Source of the DNA: a virus
Length of the DNA: 64,000 bases
Strand: one strand, 5' to 3'
IMG/VR virus record: IMGVR_UViG_3300037461_000951
Coordinates: 32,001 to 96,000 of that record
Every line of letters begins with the position of its first letter. Position 1 is the stretch's first letter. Shown one piece after another: positions 29,106 to 39,960 of this stretch. The translations under genes and the position numbers were made by a program. Under the pieces are notes generated by a model, which was not told the DNA's origin, made no database searches, and worked only from the letters and a program-made list of their open reading frames with translations.

Positions 29106-29627
29106 TTACTCTTTATTAACAAAGAATTTTTTATAAGCGGACAAGATGGCTGCTTTGGCAGCGTAATCTACTGGATCTCCAGATTTAACGGGCATTAAAC
29201 TGAGACTCGCTTTAAAATAACGAACTAGATGTTGCCAAATTTCATCGTTGTCATTAATAAATATCCATCGTTTGGATGCAACGAAGATGTGGTTATTTTT
29301 TGGATCTTTAATGTTAAAAAATCCCATGAAGCGACAGTCAAAGGTTCGACAAACGGTGGGGACACGATCATGGATGGAACAACCTTGTGGAACTAAATAA
29401 GTACACTCTCCATTGGGTTTGTGTTTTAAATGATATCTGTTTTCTGATTTTGAAAATTTGGTTTTAAAGTTGAGTTTGATTTCATGAGGATAGAGTTGTG
29501 CGTTGACAAATCCAGTACAACACGCATGACATTCTCCACATGGAACAGCAATTCCTTTTTCTTGGCCTTCTCCAGTATCTTTTACCCATTGAGATACATA
29601 AACATTGACTTTAGTTAATTCTTTCAT
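29106..29627 (-). CDS. YkgJ-type CxxCxxCC Fe-S/Zn cluster protein
   Basis: CGECHACC...CTYL...CSIHDRVPTVCRTFDC. Confidence 0.8.
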   Translation of the reverse strand: MKELTKVNVYVSQWVKDTGEGQEKGIAVPCGECHACCTGFVNAQLYPHEIKLNFKTKFSKSENRYHLKHKPNGECTYLVPQGCSIHDRVPTVCRTFDCRFMGFFNIKDPKNNHIFVASKRWIFINDNDEIWQHLVRYFKASLSLMPVKSGDPVDYAAKAAILSAYKKFFVNKE

Positions 29628-31459
29628 GGCGATGATTCACAAAAAGGTTTTAAGAATAAAGCCCGGAGAGTATCCGGGCTTGGTGATTATTTCAGTTCCA
29701 GAATTAAATCTTCAGGTTGGATGACATAACCAAACTCGCTACGTTGTTCATATCGATGTTTTTTTACTGCGAAGTAATAAACACCTTGCGCATCATCCCC
29801 ATTGATGGCTGCACGAACCATGAGTTCATCTTCATCCAAAGTGGGATCATCTACATCGCGTTCCCAACACATCGTTTCAATGAGTTGACCTTTATTTTTT
29901 TTCAGCCAGTATAAATAATGAGCCTCTACACTGGTGGCTTTAGTGGGAAGTACAATAACATTAAGATCTTGTTCATATTGTTCAGGAAAAAAGTGTCGTT
30001 GATTGTCGTTCATGCCTGTAAAGAGACTGCTGATTTGGTGGAAGGTTTTAGCTCTTTGAGCTTTCGCTTACTACGGAAGGTGCGATTTCCCTTAGTGGTG
30101 GTGGTGATTAAATTGAATTGTTTGGGATTGAGCCATTTTTTTAAATCTTCAATTGAAAATTGGGCCAGTTCAATAAATTTTTCAACTCCAAGTTCTTGTA
30201 ATACTTTTTTATTGTCAGTCACGATGGTTTTTTCTGCGGGTGCTGTAATGAGCAATTCGAATTCTTTACCTGTTAAGTTTAAACTATCTTCTGGTAGATC
30301 TTTAATGATCGCTTCAATAATTTTTTTACAGCCGTCTTTAATTTTAGTTTGTTCCTTAATGATTTCGGAGCTACGACCGTATTGATCGATTTCAGACATG
30401 ATTGCGGGTTTGACTTGAACATTTTGCATGTTAATTCTCCAGTGATTAAAGCACAACCCGGTTTTTGGGTTGACGTATTATATAGTGTATGACATGGAAT
30501 GTCAAATGTCGCTCTTTAAAAAGTATTTGACATTTAAGTTCAGGTATAGTAACATATTGAAAACATTTAATTTATTCACCTTTGAGAGGCTTTTGTCATG
30601 TATCCTGCCACACACATTAGTATGCATTTTAATCAGTATTGGCGTTCAGGATTGATTGAAGTAAAACCGATTAGAGTTGTTGATTTTAAAGAACTAGCAT
30701 TATTATACGATTTAGAAGATTTTATAGAAGAAGTTGATTTACCATTACGAGCACAAAGAAATTCAGAATTTTTATTGGAAACAAGTTCATTAAAAGATGT
30801 TTTTTATTTTGCATTAATGACGGTGGTTCGACAACGAGGGGTAAATAGTAAAGATAGATGTTTTAAGAATCAAAAGTTTTTATCATTGCAGGAATTGAAA
30901 AGTAAGACGATTAGTGGACAGTTGGAAAAACGACATGTATTAGATTCATTGTATGATTTATTTATATTTGCATATCGACGATGTTCAGGTTATTTTAAAC
31001 AAGAATTGAGTTTTTTGGTGACGAATAAAGATCATTATTATTATTATCTGTGGTTGTTTAATCAAGTGTATGATCGAATTGTGTGTGGTAGGAAGCAGCT
31101 TCAAGGGGAGTTGCATACGAAGGCGTTATTGACTACTTTATTAAAGAAAGATGTTTTGCAAGCATTAAAAGAGTGATCAATAGTTACCCGGTGTCATTGC
31201 CGGGTTTATTTTTAAAATTATTTGTCCTATGGATTAAAATGTGCTATGGTGCTTTTTATATTATGAGGTATTGCTGTTGTGATTGATGGTAGATTACAAA
31301 AGAAGATCAGTGATGTGGTGTTAGCGTGTCGGACGTGTAAACATTTCCGAGATGATGATCTTGATTATTTTTATTGTGTTTTACAGAAAAAAGAATTTCC
31401 GGCGTTGTGTTCTGATTATGAATATGTTTTTAAATTACCAACATTTGGGGTGGATGTAG

Positions 31460-31900
31460 ATGTATAATCCACTAGATGATTTAGATGTCATGGCTTTGAC
31501 GGTGTGGGCAGAAGCACGTGGAGAAGGCATTAAAGGACAATCCGCAGTCGCTTGGGTGATTCGTAATCGGTGGGAACATCCTCGTTGGTGGAGTCGGCAT
31601 CGAGATGGAATTCCTGATGATACGATTGAAGCAGTGTGTAAAGATCCTTGGCAATTTTCTTGTTGGAATCCCAATGATCCCAATCGTAGATTGTTAGATG
31701 ATGCTAGAACATTGGAACATCCGAGCTTAAAGAATATTCGTTTAATTTGTGAGAAAGTGCTTTTGAGTGAGATTCTTGATCCAACAGATCGTGCTGATCA
31801 TTATTGTACGACTAAGATTATTAAATATACAGGTTGGGCACGTGGAAGGAAGCCGGTAGCGGTTATCGGTAATCATTCGTTTTTTAGGATTGAGCTATGA
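31460..31900 (+). CDS. SleB/Hydrolase_2 cell wall hydrolase (probable endolysin)
   Basis: TVWAEARGE, AVAWVIRNR, WQFSCWN, DPTDRADHY, IGNHSFF. Confidence 0.9.
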   Translation: MYNPLDDLDVMALTVWAEARGEGIKGQSAVAWVIRNRWEHPRWWSRHRDGIPDDTIEAVCKDPWQFSCWNPNDPNRRLLDDARTLEHPSLKNIRLICEKVLLSEILDPTDRADHYCTTKIIKYTGWARGRKPVAVIGNHSFFRIEL

Positions 31901-32108
31901 AAATCATTCATCCGAATACGCAATCCACATTGATCATGAACGATCAATGCCCGTTCATTGCCGAGATCGAAACTCACGCTGGATCGGATGAAGTGTTTTA
32001 TTGCGCAGTGCAGTTTGGTGAGATTGGCTATTCCGGCGCGTTGAATGTGATGCGTGAGGATTGGGAAGGGTTTAAGGCGCTCGTGGCGGAGATTGACCGG
32101 GAGTGGTC

Positions 32109-32249
32109 ATGAAAATTATCGTCATGATCGGGGTGGTTTTAGTCGAAGGATGCGCTCAACCGCCGCTCGCGGTTTCGCCGCAAACAGCCTGCCAAATACC
32201 ATTGGCCGTGTCTCTCTATGCGCAGCATTATTATTGCGGAGGCCGATAG
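32109..32249 (+). CDS. Small putative lipoprotein
   Basis: Manual translation MKIIVMIGVVLVEGCAQPP...; coupled to flanking genes by overlapping start/stop codons. Confidence 0.4.
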   Translation: MKIIVMIGVVLVEGCAQPPLAVSPQTACQIPLAVSLYAQHYYCGGR

Positions 32250-32632
32250 TGAACTGGTTATTGAATCGGTTGCGCGAGGCGAGTACCTGGCGCGGGCTGG
32301 TCTGGCTGCTGACAGTTTCGGGTGTGGCGCTACGGCCTGATCAAGTGGAAGCGATTGTATTAGCGGGTATGGCGATAGCCGGACTGCTTGGTGTGTTTCT
32401 CCAGGACAAAGTGCGCGATCCAAATGAAAGAACCCGTGCGACGGATATTCCCGAGATCGAGTTGGTGGGACGCAGCGAGTCCACTGACGCGCCGCGTCCT
32501 CCGAACGTTGTTTCTGATAATGTGCGTGTTGATTATGATGACGACGGTGGGGTTATCTGCGTGCGCCGATCTCCAGTGCCATCCGACGCTGCAATTCAAC
32601 CTGAAGAGCGAGGACCTGGCTGGAATGGTTAG
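32249..32632 (+). CDS. Putative holin (2 TM segments); true start probably GTG at 32249
   Basis: RLREASTWRGLVWLLT..GV...PDQVEAIV.AG.AIAGLLGVF; next to the endolysin. Confidence 0.6.
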   Translation: MNWLLNRLREASTWRGLVWLLTVSGVALRPDQVEAIVLAGMAIAGLLGVFLQDKVRDPNERTRATDIPEIELVGRSESTDAPRPPNVVSDNVRVDYDDDGGVICVRRSPVPSDAAIQPEERGPGWNG

Positions 32633-32666
32633 CGGGGGCGCAATTCAGTGTCAAACATTGTTTTGA
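32520..32666 (+). CDS. Overlapping small lipoprotein (possible o-spanin-like)
   Basis: Hydrophobic N-terminus with lipobox LSAC; overlaps the holin-like gene in another frame. Confidence 0.35.
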   Translation: MCVLIMMTTVGLSACADLQCHPTLQFNLKSEDLAGMVSGGAIQCQTLF

Positions 32667-33184
32667 TGAGGTTAAGTGTTTTTACGTGTCATTGTGGACA
32701 GTGTTGTGATGATTATAGTGGGCTTAATTAAATCTTTTGGAGATGACGATGAACAATGATAAGCGTTTGGATGTAAAGATCACATTGGTGATTACCGATA
32801 ACGAGAAGCCGTTTTCTTCCTCAGTAGTGACGTGGGAAGACATGCCATATCCTATTGTTTTAGAAGTCGAGAAAAAGCTAATTGCCTTTCTCGGTGAAAT
32901 GAATCAGTTGGGATATGCGGCTTTGGCAGTTGAGTGATGCGATGAAAGCCTTTCTGGTGGCAGCTCTGCAAACTATTGTGCGCGCCTTGGTGGGTGCGCT
33001 CAATTATGAGCGGGTGGCATTGTTGGTGCATGATTTGGAAGCGTCTGGTCTGACCGGGACGCAGAAAAAGGCCAGAGTGGTGTCAGAGTGCCAGTCGATT
33101 GCGCTGGAGATTGGCGTGGGGCTGTTGAATCTGACGATTGAGGCTGTGGTAGCCGCAATCAACGTGAAGAAGGCAAAGTAATCC

Positions 33185-34438
33185 ATGCCCGCTCCCAGTG
33201 GTCTAAATGTCGCCAATATTACCGCGAGCGCGGCGCGTCTGCAATGGACGCCCGTGGCTCCGACGCATTGGCGGCTGACGGTTCAGACAACGGGAGCGGG
33301 TCAAGATTACACAGTCAATATTGCCGCAGGCACGACGCCAAATATCGACATTGATTGGGGCGATGGTGGCGCAGTGGAGAACTTCACCTCGACGGGCCAG
33401 AAAACCCATACGTTCACTTCGGCGGGGACGTATACGGTTAAGATCAGTGGGTCATTTGCGAGTGGCGGAAATATTCGGTTAGGGAGTAATGCAGGCAACC
33501 GGGCGCGATTGAAGGCGACGGGAGCGATTCCGCTGATCAGTGGGCTGGTGAATTTTAGGGATTCTTTTTCTAATTGCACAGGAATTACAGCAATTCCCAC
33601 GGACCTATTCAGATACAACACCGCAGTTTCTACGAGTGGTTTTTATGCGACCTTCCAAGGTTGCACAGGTATTACAGCAATTCCCACGGACTTGTTTAGA
33701 TATAACACGGCGGTTTCTTCGAATGGGTTTAATACGACCTTCTACGGTTGCACAGGAATTACTGCAATACCCACCGACTTGTTCAGATACAACACCGCAG
33801 TTTCTACGAGTGGGTTTCAGCAGACCTTCTACGGTTGCGCAGGTATTACAGCGATTCCAACAGGATTGTTTGATTATAACACCGCAGTTTCGACGAGTGG
33901 TTTTTATGCGACCTTCCAAGCTTGCACAGGTATTACTTCAATTCCCACCGACTTGTTCAGATACAACACCGCAGTTTCTACGAGTGGTTTTAATATGACA
34001 TTTCGTGACTGTGCAAGTATTACTGAAATCCCAACGGACTTGTTTAGATACAATACATTGGTTTCGACGAATGGGTTCGAAAGGACTTTCTTTGGTTGTT
34101 CGTCGCTTGCCACGGCTCCTGCATTACTCTTTAAATATAATACAGCTTGTACATCTTTTTATCAGTTATTCATGAATTGCAGCAAACTCCAACTCCGTGC
34201 TGATCTATTTTTCGATACAGGAGAAGAAAGCACTCGTTTTCTGAATAAGTCTGTTGATTTTTTAGAGGCTATGCGAATTGTTAGCACCTTCACCGGAACT
34301 CAAGGGACGGCTCCTGCGTTGTGGACCTGTGATTTCGGCACCGGAACACCGACGACTACGAACTGCTTCACCGGCCACACAACCAGTTCTGTCACCAACC
34401 ATGCCAGCATTCCGACCGCTTGGGGAGGACCCGCTTAA
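33185..34438 (+). CDS. Putative receptor-binding/adhesin protein: PKD-like domain plus BspA-like LRR tandem repeats
   Basis: IDWGDG...HTFTSAGTYTVKISG; six near-identical 29-aa repeats CTGITAIPTDLFRYNTAVSTSGFxxTFxG. Confidence 0.75.
   Translation: MPAPSGLNVANITASAARLQWTPVAPTHWRLTVQTTGAGQDYTVNIAAGTTPNIDIDWGDGGAVENFTSTGQKTHTFTSAGTYTVKISGSFASGGNIRLGSNAGNRARLKATGAIPLISGLVNFRDSFSNCTGITAIPTDLFRYNTAVSTSGFYATFQGCTGITAIPTDLFRYNTAVSSNGFNTTFYGCTGITAIPTDLFRYNTAVSTSGFQQTFYGCAGITAIPTGLFDYNTAVSTSGFYATFQACTGITSIPTDLFRYNTAVSTSGFNMTFRDCASITEIPTDLFRYNTLVSTNGFERTFFGCSSLATAPALLFKYNTACTSFYQLFMNCSKLQLRADLFFDTGEESTRFLNKSVDFLEAMRIVSTFTGTQGTAPALWTCDFGTGTPTTTNCFTGHTTSSVTNHASIPTAWGGPA
33575..34180 (+). repeat. 87-bp coding tandem repeat (6 full units plus a degenerate one)
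   Basis: Units start at ~33575, 33662, 33749, 33836, 33923, 34010 and 34097. Confidence 0.9.
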
Positions 34439-34849
34439 TGATGCAATTCACGCGCATTGAAGAACACATCGATTCTGACGGACAACCTGAGTTGTTCGTT
34501 TCGGGAACCACGACTGACCCCTTGACTGGCGATAGTGTTCTGTTTGCCCATTGGGTGCAGAACGTGGCGTATGCCCGCTACAAATCCGGGGAATCCCTAT
34601 CCACGATTCTCAGTGGGGTCGTGGCGCAACGGATCAGCGCTCATCGCCAGGAACAGGGCCAAAACGTCGCCAAGCTGCTGGAATTGGACGCGCTGAATCG
34701 CGGGCAGTTTCTCGCAAAAGACGTGGATACAGAATACACCTTGCAATCTCCCACGGGGGAAATTGTGACCACTTTCGTGCCAAAAGGCACGGCATTGACT
34801 TTGCCCGCAGGGCATTCATTTATTGCCGAATTTCCGGTAGGAGTGTGAT

Positions 34850-35149
34850 ATGGCAACTCTGGTTTATATCGACAAATCCAAGGCTTTGGGGCAGCGCACT
34901 CTTTCTGCCGTGCGTCTTATCAATCAAGGCATCTACGAACTTATGGCGTTAAATGGGACACGTGCGGAAGTGATTGCTGTCTCCCAAGCCGCGATGGCGA
35001 ATGCTTTCGGGGCGGATTCCAACGCTTCGGCACAAGCCTTATCGGATCGCATCAGCACCGTGGTGACGAAGTTCAACGGCGCGACGGATTTTGCTGTGTC
35101 TTTGCGTGACTTGCTGAATGCCACGATTGATGGCGCACCTCCGGCTTGA
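34850..35149 (+). CDS. Small fibre-associated protein, paralog of 41743..42009
   Basis: Shared pattern G...L.A...I..G......G.RA..I....FG......AxSDR....L.D...AT. Confidence 0.5.
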   Translation: MATLVYIDKSKALGQRTLSAVRLINQGIYELMALNGTRAEVIAVSQAAMANAFGADSNASAQALSDRISTVVTKFNGATDFAVSLRDLLNATIDGAPPA

Positions 35150-35161
35150 TGAGTTGAGCGC

Positions 35162-36157
35162 ATGAGCGTCCTCTACGATGTTGAATGGCGATTAGCTTCT
35201 ACTGACGTAGTAATCGGCTCTGTCAGTGGCTTAACGACGGTCGATTATTACTACCTGTCGGGGCTGTCGTCGTGTACCTCGTATGAGTGGCGCATTCGTG
35301 CAGATGATTTCGGAACCAAATCGGATTGGAGTGACTGGACGGCGTTCCAGACCGCATTGGTGACTACTGCGGTTAATGTCGTTGTTGTGGCGCACCCTCC
35401 ATGCGTTAATGGGGTTTGGCGTACAGCAGATGAAACCAGTGGAACCGCAGATGAGACCAGTTTAAAAGCAGATAAAACTTGTTCACCATTTGCAAATGTG
35501 GGGTTACTGCCTGTAAATGTTGTTGTTGGAACATCTGTGCCGAGTATTGCTACGGGTGTTGCAGTTTCCATTTCATCTGTTAATGTGAATGTTGATCTTA
35601 GTGTACCATCTATTCATACAGGTGCCAGTGTTTCAACTTCGTCAGTTGATATATTGATTGAAACTTTTGTACCTAGTATTGCCACGGGAGTGAATGTTGA
35701 AGTTCCAGTACAAGATATTGGAATTTCTGCAATAGTGCCATCTATTGCAACGGGTGCCAGTGTTGAAGTTCCAGTACAAGATATATTGATTGAAACCTCT
35801 GTACCCAGTATTGCAACGGGTGCCAGTGTTGAAGTTCCAGTACAAGATATATTGATTGAAACCTCTGTACCCAGTATTGCAACGGGTGCCAGTGTTGAAG
35901 TTCCAGTACAAGATGTTGAAATTTCTGCAATAGTTCCATTAATTGCAACGGGTGTTAATATATTTGCAACAGAAGTTATTGTTGATGTAGTATCCGTGGT
36001 GCCGATGATTCAAACAGGCAGTAATGTGATTGTACCATTCAGTGAAATTATTATTAATGTACCTGACGTGACTTTTGTGGGGATGATGCCGGATGGAGTA
36101 GATCGTCCACGGGTTGTCTCTAGCACCCGTCGATTACGAGTGAGTCGTGCGATATGA
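35162..36157 (+). CDS. Virion structural protein: FN3-like N-terminus plus 22-aa beta repeats
   Basis: LSGLSSCTSYEWRIRA...SDWSDW; repeats VPSIATGASVEVPVQDILIETS (66-bp units, e.g. at 35801 and 35867). Confidence 0.65.
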   Translation: MSVLYDVEWRLASTDVVIGSVSGLTTVDYYYLSGLSSCTSYEWRIRADDFGTKSDWSDWTAFQTALVTTAVNVVVVAHPPCVNGVWRTADETSGTADETSLKADKTCSPFANVGLLPVNVVVGTSVPSIATGVAVSISSVNVNVDLSVPSIHTGASVSTSSVDILIETFVPSIATGVNVEVPVQDIGISAIVPSIATGASVEVPVQDILIETSVPSIATGASVEVPVQDILIETSVPSIATGASVEVPVQDVEISAIVPLIATGVNIFATEVIVDVVSVVPMIQTGSNVIVPFSEIIINVPDVTFVGMMPDGVDRPRVVSSTRRLRVSRAI

Positions 36158-36524
36158 GTCTTTTAAGAGAAACTTTTTTTGCTGCCCATAATAATGTGAT
36201 TCGCTTAACCTTAAGCGAAGATACATCTGTTTTTTCTGTCGCATATCCCACAGTCACACCTACTCGTTGGTTATTTACGATACATGCGACGGTGCCGATT
36301 GTAGCAGATTCTTTGATCACACCTAATGCGTTTGAGTGGGATGCAGTACATTCTATTTTAGAAATTAAATTGGGAACATTAGTGACCACGGCAATGAATT
36401 ATACCGCATCTACTTTGGTGGTGTATGCGGCAGAGTGGCCTGAAGGTTTAGTTTGGTTTAATCCTACATGTACACCTGATAAGGTGTTCATTCGTATTTG
36501 CGCTTAATTTTAGGAGTTTTTCTT

Positions 36525-36971
36525 ATGGCTGTCACTGTCACGCTCTACAATCACACGGTCGCTCGCTTTGCGTCAGGCGCAAACGCCATAGGTGACACGT
36601 ATAAAATTAATTTGTATTCTGCGTTTACTTTTGATGCAACGGCAACGACGAAAGCGGCTGCTGAGTCTGGTGCGACTCAATTAACGACGCAGTATGGTTA
36701 TACTCAAGATGATATGACGCTCTCGAATGCGGCAGTCACAGTTGTTGCGACGAATGATGCTAAATTTGATGCAGATGATGTAACGTGGAATGCTTTAGGT
36801 GGGGATATCGGTCCAGCATCTTATGCGTTGATTTATAATGACACCGATACGGATGATCCTCCGGTTGCGTATGTCGAATTTGGTGAAGCCAAAACATCTA
36901 ATACGGGTACGCCTTTTATCATTACGTGGGGTGCCTCAGGAATTGTAACGTTTAGTTATACTCCTGCTTAA
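36525..36971 (+). CDS. Conserved phage structural protein
   Basis: LYNH...DTYKINL...GYT...FDADDVTW...ALIYND...FIITWGASGI pattern; located in the structural block. Confidence 0.55.
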   Translation: MAVTVTLYNHTVARFASGANAIGDTYKINLYSAFTFDATATTKAAAESGATQLTTQYGYTQDDMTLSNAAVTVVATNDAKFDADDVTWNALGGDIGPASYALIYNDTDTDDPPVAYVEFGEAKTSNTGTPFIITWGASGIVTFSYTPA

Positions 36972-37008
36972 TCATGATCAGCCGCAGATTTACATGAGAG
37001 TTTAAATT

Positions 37009-37437
37009 ATGGCGAAGCAAACAATTAATGTGGGTACTGTGGCTGATGATGATACTGGAGATACGTTTCGGGCTTCTTTTATTAAGTGCAATGAGAATTT
37101 CACTGAGTTGTATACGGTGCCTGTCGTTGCTGTAACGACGACAGTGACTCCTGATGACACGAATAGTGGAACGATTTACACTAATGAAGGTGATGCAGAT
37201 GGAGCCACGGTTTTTCTTCCGACTGCTGCCGCAGGGTTGAAATTTATCCTTTATGTGCAGACTGCACAAGTGTTGACTGTCACTGCCGCCGCAGGCGACA
37301 CGATTCGCATTGCTTCCAACGCCACGGCAGAGGCGGGCAGCATTACTTCTTCTGTGGTGGGGTCGTCTGTGACTCTTGTAGCGATTAATGCCACTGAATG
37401 GGTGGCGACCTCTTCTGTAGGTTCTTGGAGCTTCTAA
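37009..37437 (+). CDS. Structural protein with T4 gp9/gp10-like N-terminal attachment motif
   Basis: MAKQTINVGTVADDDTGDTFRASFIKCNENFTELY. Confidence 0.65.
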   Translation: MAKQTINVGTVADDDTGDTFRASFIKCNENFTELYTVPVVAVTTTVTPDDTNSGTIYTNEGDADGATVFLPTAAAGLKFILYVQTAQVLTVTAAAGDTIRIASNATAEAGSITSSVVGSSVTLVAINATEWVATSSVGSWSF

Positions 37438-39091
37438 TGCCGACTGTACATGCGGGTTCTCCGATCACCTGGACCGATGCGCTTTGTCCATCTCACGCAG
37501 CAGGTGCAGGATCTACTGCACCGAGTTACACCACTGATTTTATTGCTGAGACGGGAAGTGATGACAACGAGTTGCGCATCCCTGTTTTTAATCCCGGCGA
37601 CCGAGTGTATACCTCGTTGCAACTCCCGCATGATGTCTATCGTCCGTCGAGTGGGAATGTGATTTTACGTCCTCATGTTCACTGGACTTTCGTTGCGGAA
37701 CCGACGACGAGCCGAACGGTAATCTGGGAATTGCATTATGTCGTGGCGAAGATTGGTGCGACATTTGCCAGTTCGGTGACGCCTTTAACGGCAACGACCT
37801 ACACCACGACGGGTGACGCTGAGGTGCGGATGCATTTCGTCACGAGTCTGGGGAATATTACCGTGGCGGCGGCGGATATGGGACCGAGTATGATTTTTAT
37901 CGGCAACCTGGTATTGAAAAACACCTCCACCGTTGATAACGCCCGTGTGGGGTTGCTGTCGTTTGATTATCACTATCAGACGGGACCGCGCGGTACTGAT
38001 ACTGAGTTTTCTTGATGCTTCGCGTTCTGGCCTATTTAGTGATGTTGATCTTTTGTATCGGAGCTTCTTTGTGGATCGGGACACTGTAATTAATTTAGAT
38101 TCAGATGATGATTCCCCGGAGGAATTGATGGTCAGTTTAACGAAAGACCGTCGTTCGGGTCATGATCGTCGGATAGAATTTGTGGAACCAGATTCTGCTA
38201 GGCAGTTTCGTCGAGATGTTGAACGGGAATATCGTTTAGAAATTCGGCAACTACGAGAAGAAGAAACCGCAAAAGACTTGGTAATTTCTGAGTTGAAAGC
38301 CGAATTAGCAACGATTCGAGAGTGGCAACGGGATAAGGAAGAAACTCTGCAAGCGGCAAAAGTGATTGTTCATGCCGGGGTTGCATTAAAATTTGCGATT
38401 ATGGTCTTAATTGGAATTACGGCAGCGATTGGTGGGATTGCGGCCAGTTTAGAAGCGTTTAAAGCATGGTTCAGATAACTCGTTGGTGGAGTGAGACCTG
38501 TCGATTTTGCCGTATTATAGATCGCTTATTGTCTGCGGCGTTGCGCTTGTTGGTGATTGTGTTATCACTGTATGGTGGTTATTTGATGATAGGTTGGTGG
38601 CAAGATGCTTCTTCAGTAGTAGAATTTGGTTTTGGAGATGTGAGTAATTCTACTGCACGACCTAATGATGTGTTAATTTTTTATCAGTCTTTTAAGAAGA
38701 ATCGCAACTGTTGGGGAACCGTTCGGCGTATTCTCGTTGGGGAGTGTGGATTCTTTATCATTAGTGATAGTCCTTCATGGATTCATGCCCCTTGGGAAGG
38801 TCGTTTGACCTATGCAGTACAAATTCCACCTGAGGCGATTCCTGGAGAGTGTGGTTTTCAGATTGTGGCACGATTTGTCTGTAATCCATTGGATCTGATT
38901 GATCCACGTATGGTATCTACGAAACCTATTACATTTAAAGTGTTACGTTATGACCAATAAAGATGCAGATCGATTGATTAAAAAGTTGATAGATGCTCAA
39001 ACTCGTTATCCGTTACCTAAGCTTCGTTCAATTTATAAAGAAAAGGTAAGTCAACGGTCGTTTTTTCGTTGTTTCAAATTGGAGAATCGTC

Positions 39092-39472
39092 ATGTCTAAT
39101 GAACAAAACATTGAGTTGGAAATTCAATCTAAAGGTCTAAATGCTCCAAGACTTTCTCCAGAAAAAATTGATGCGGTTATTGTTGGGGAAGATTATTATG
39201 TATTTCCTAATACGACAGTGACGGTCTGCTGTTTGAAACTGCGTAATGGTTACACCGTAGTCGGAGAAAGCGCGTCGGTCAGCGCAGAAAATTTTGATGT
39301 TGAATTGGGAAGAAAAATTGCCCGTCAACATGCAAGAGATAAGATTTGGGCGCTGGAGGGATATTTGCTGCGTGAATCACTATCGCTTTGGCAGGCGAAA
39401 GAAGAAATGATGGCTCAGAGTGTTCTAATCAATCCTAAGATTGATTCAGGTAATGAAAATGAAAGTTTTTGA
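39092..39472 (+). CDS. Phage Gp49/Gp66-family protein
   Basis: TVCCLKLRNGYTVVGESASVSAENFDVELGRKIA...IWALEGYLL. Confidence 0.85.
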   Translation: MSNEQNIELEIQSKGLNAPRLSPEKIDAVIVGEDYYVFPNTTVTVCCLKLRNGYTVVGESASVSAENFDVELGRKIARQHARDKIWALEGYLLRESLSLWQAKEEMMAQSVLINPKIDSGNENESF

Positions 39473-39904
39473 GGTTGTCATTGAGTTTTGTCGTGATAAG
39501 AGCCAAATTATTGAAAAGGACGTTCAATATGTGACTTCTGAAGAAAATACTCTTTTATCTGTGGCGGAGTATTTTGCACAACATTGTTTTGAGTATGAGA
39601 AAGATTTAATCAGTGTGAGAGAGGTTTTAACTGTTGTGCAGCATATACAGAATGTTGAATGAATATTCTGGGACTGGAGGATGTATGAAAGATAAAACAC
39701 TTATGAAAGATAAAACACTTACTATTTTAGCTTTATTTGGTTGGGTGTTGTTATTGGGGCTGGCCGGGTATCAAATTGTAGATTATTTTAAGTTTAAAAA
39801 TGCGGGGAAGCGTTTTACAGCGGCAGATGGACAAGCGTTGTGTTTACGAGTACAAGCCTTGGAAATGGACAAAAAGCCGTGTCAGTATGCTCCATAGTTT
39901 TTCT

Positions 39905-39933
39905 TGACATTTAAGAAAATTATTTATACAGTA
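39905..39933 (+). promoter_or_regulatory. Sigma70-type promoter
   Basis: TTGACA-17 nt-TACAGT upstream of the fibre gene. Similar TTGACA-17 promoters occur at ~25942, ~30527 and ~47433. Confidence 0.55.
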
Positions 39934-39960
39934 TTATTTAAATAAAGGTGGGATCAAGAT

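Noticed and set aside
33575-34180. Diversity-generating retroelement target
   Set aside because: No reverse transcriptase or separate template repeat in the window, and the differences are not adenine-specific.
39685-39720. 18-bp tandem duplication (MKDKTL x2); similar 12-30-bp duplications at ~5241, ~9003 and ~24157
   Set aside because: Simple in-frame slippage duplications with no sign of function.
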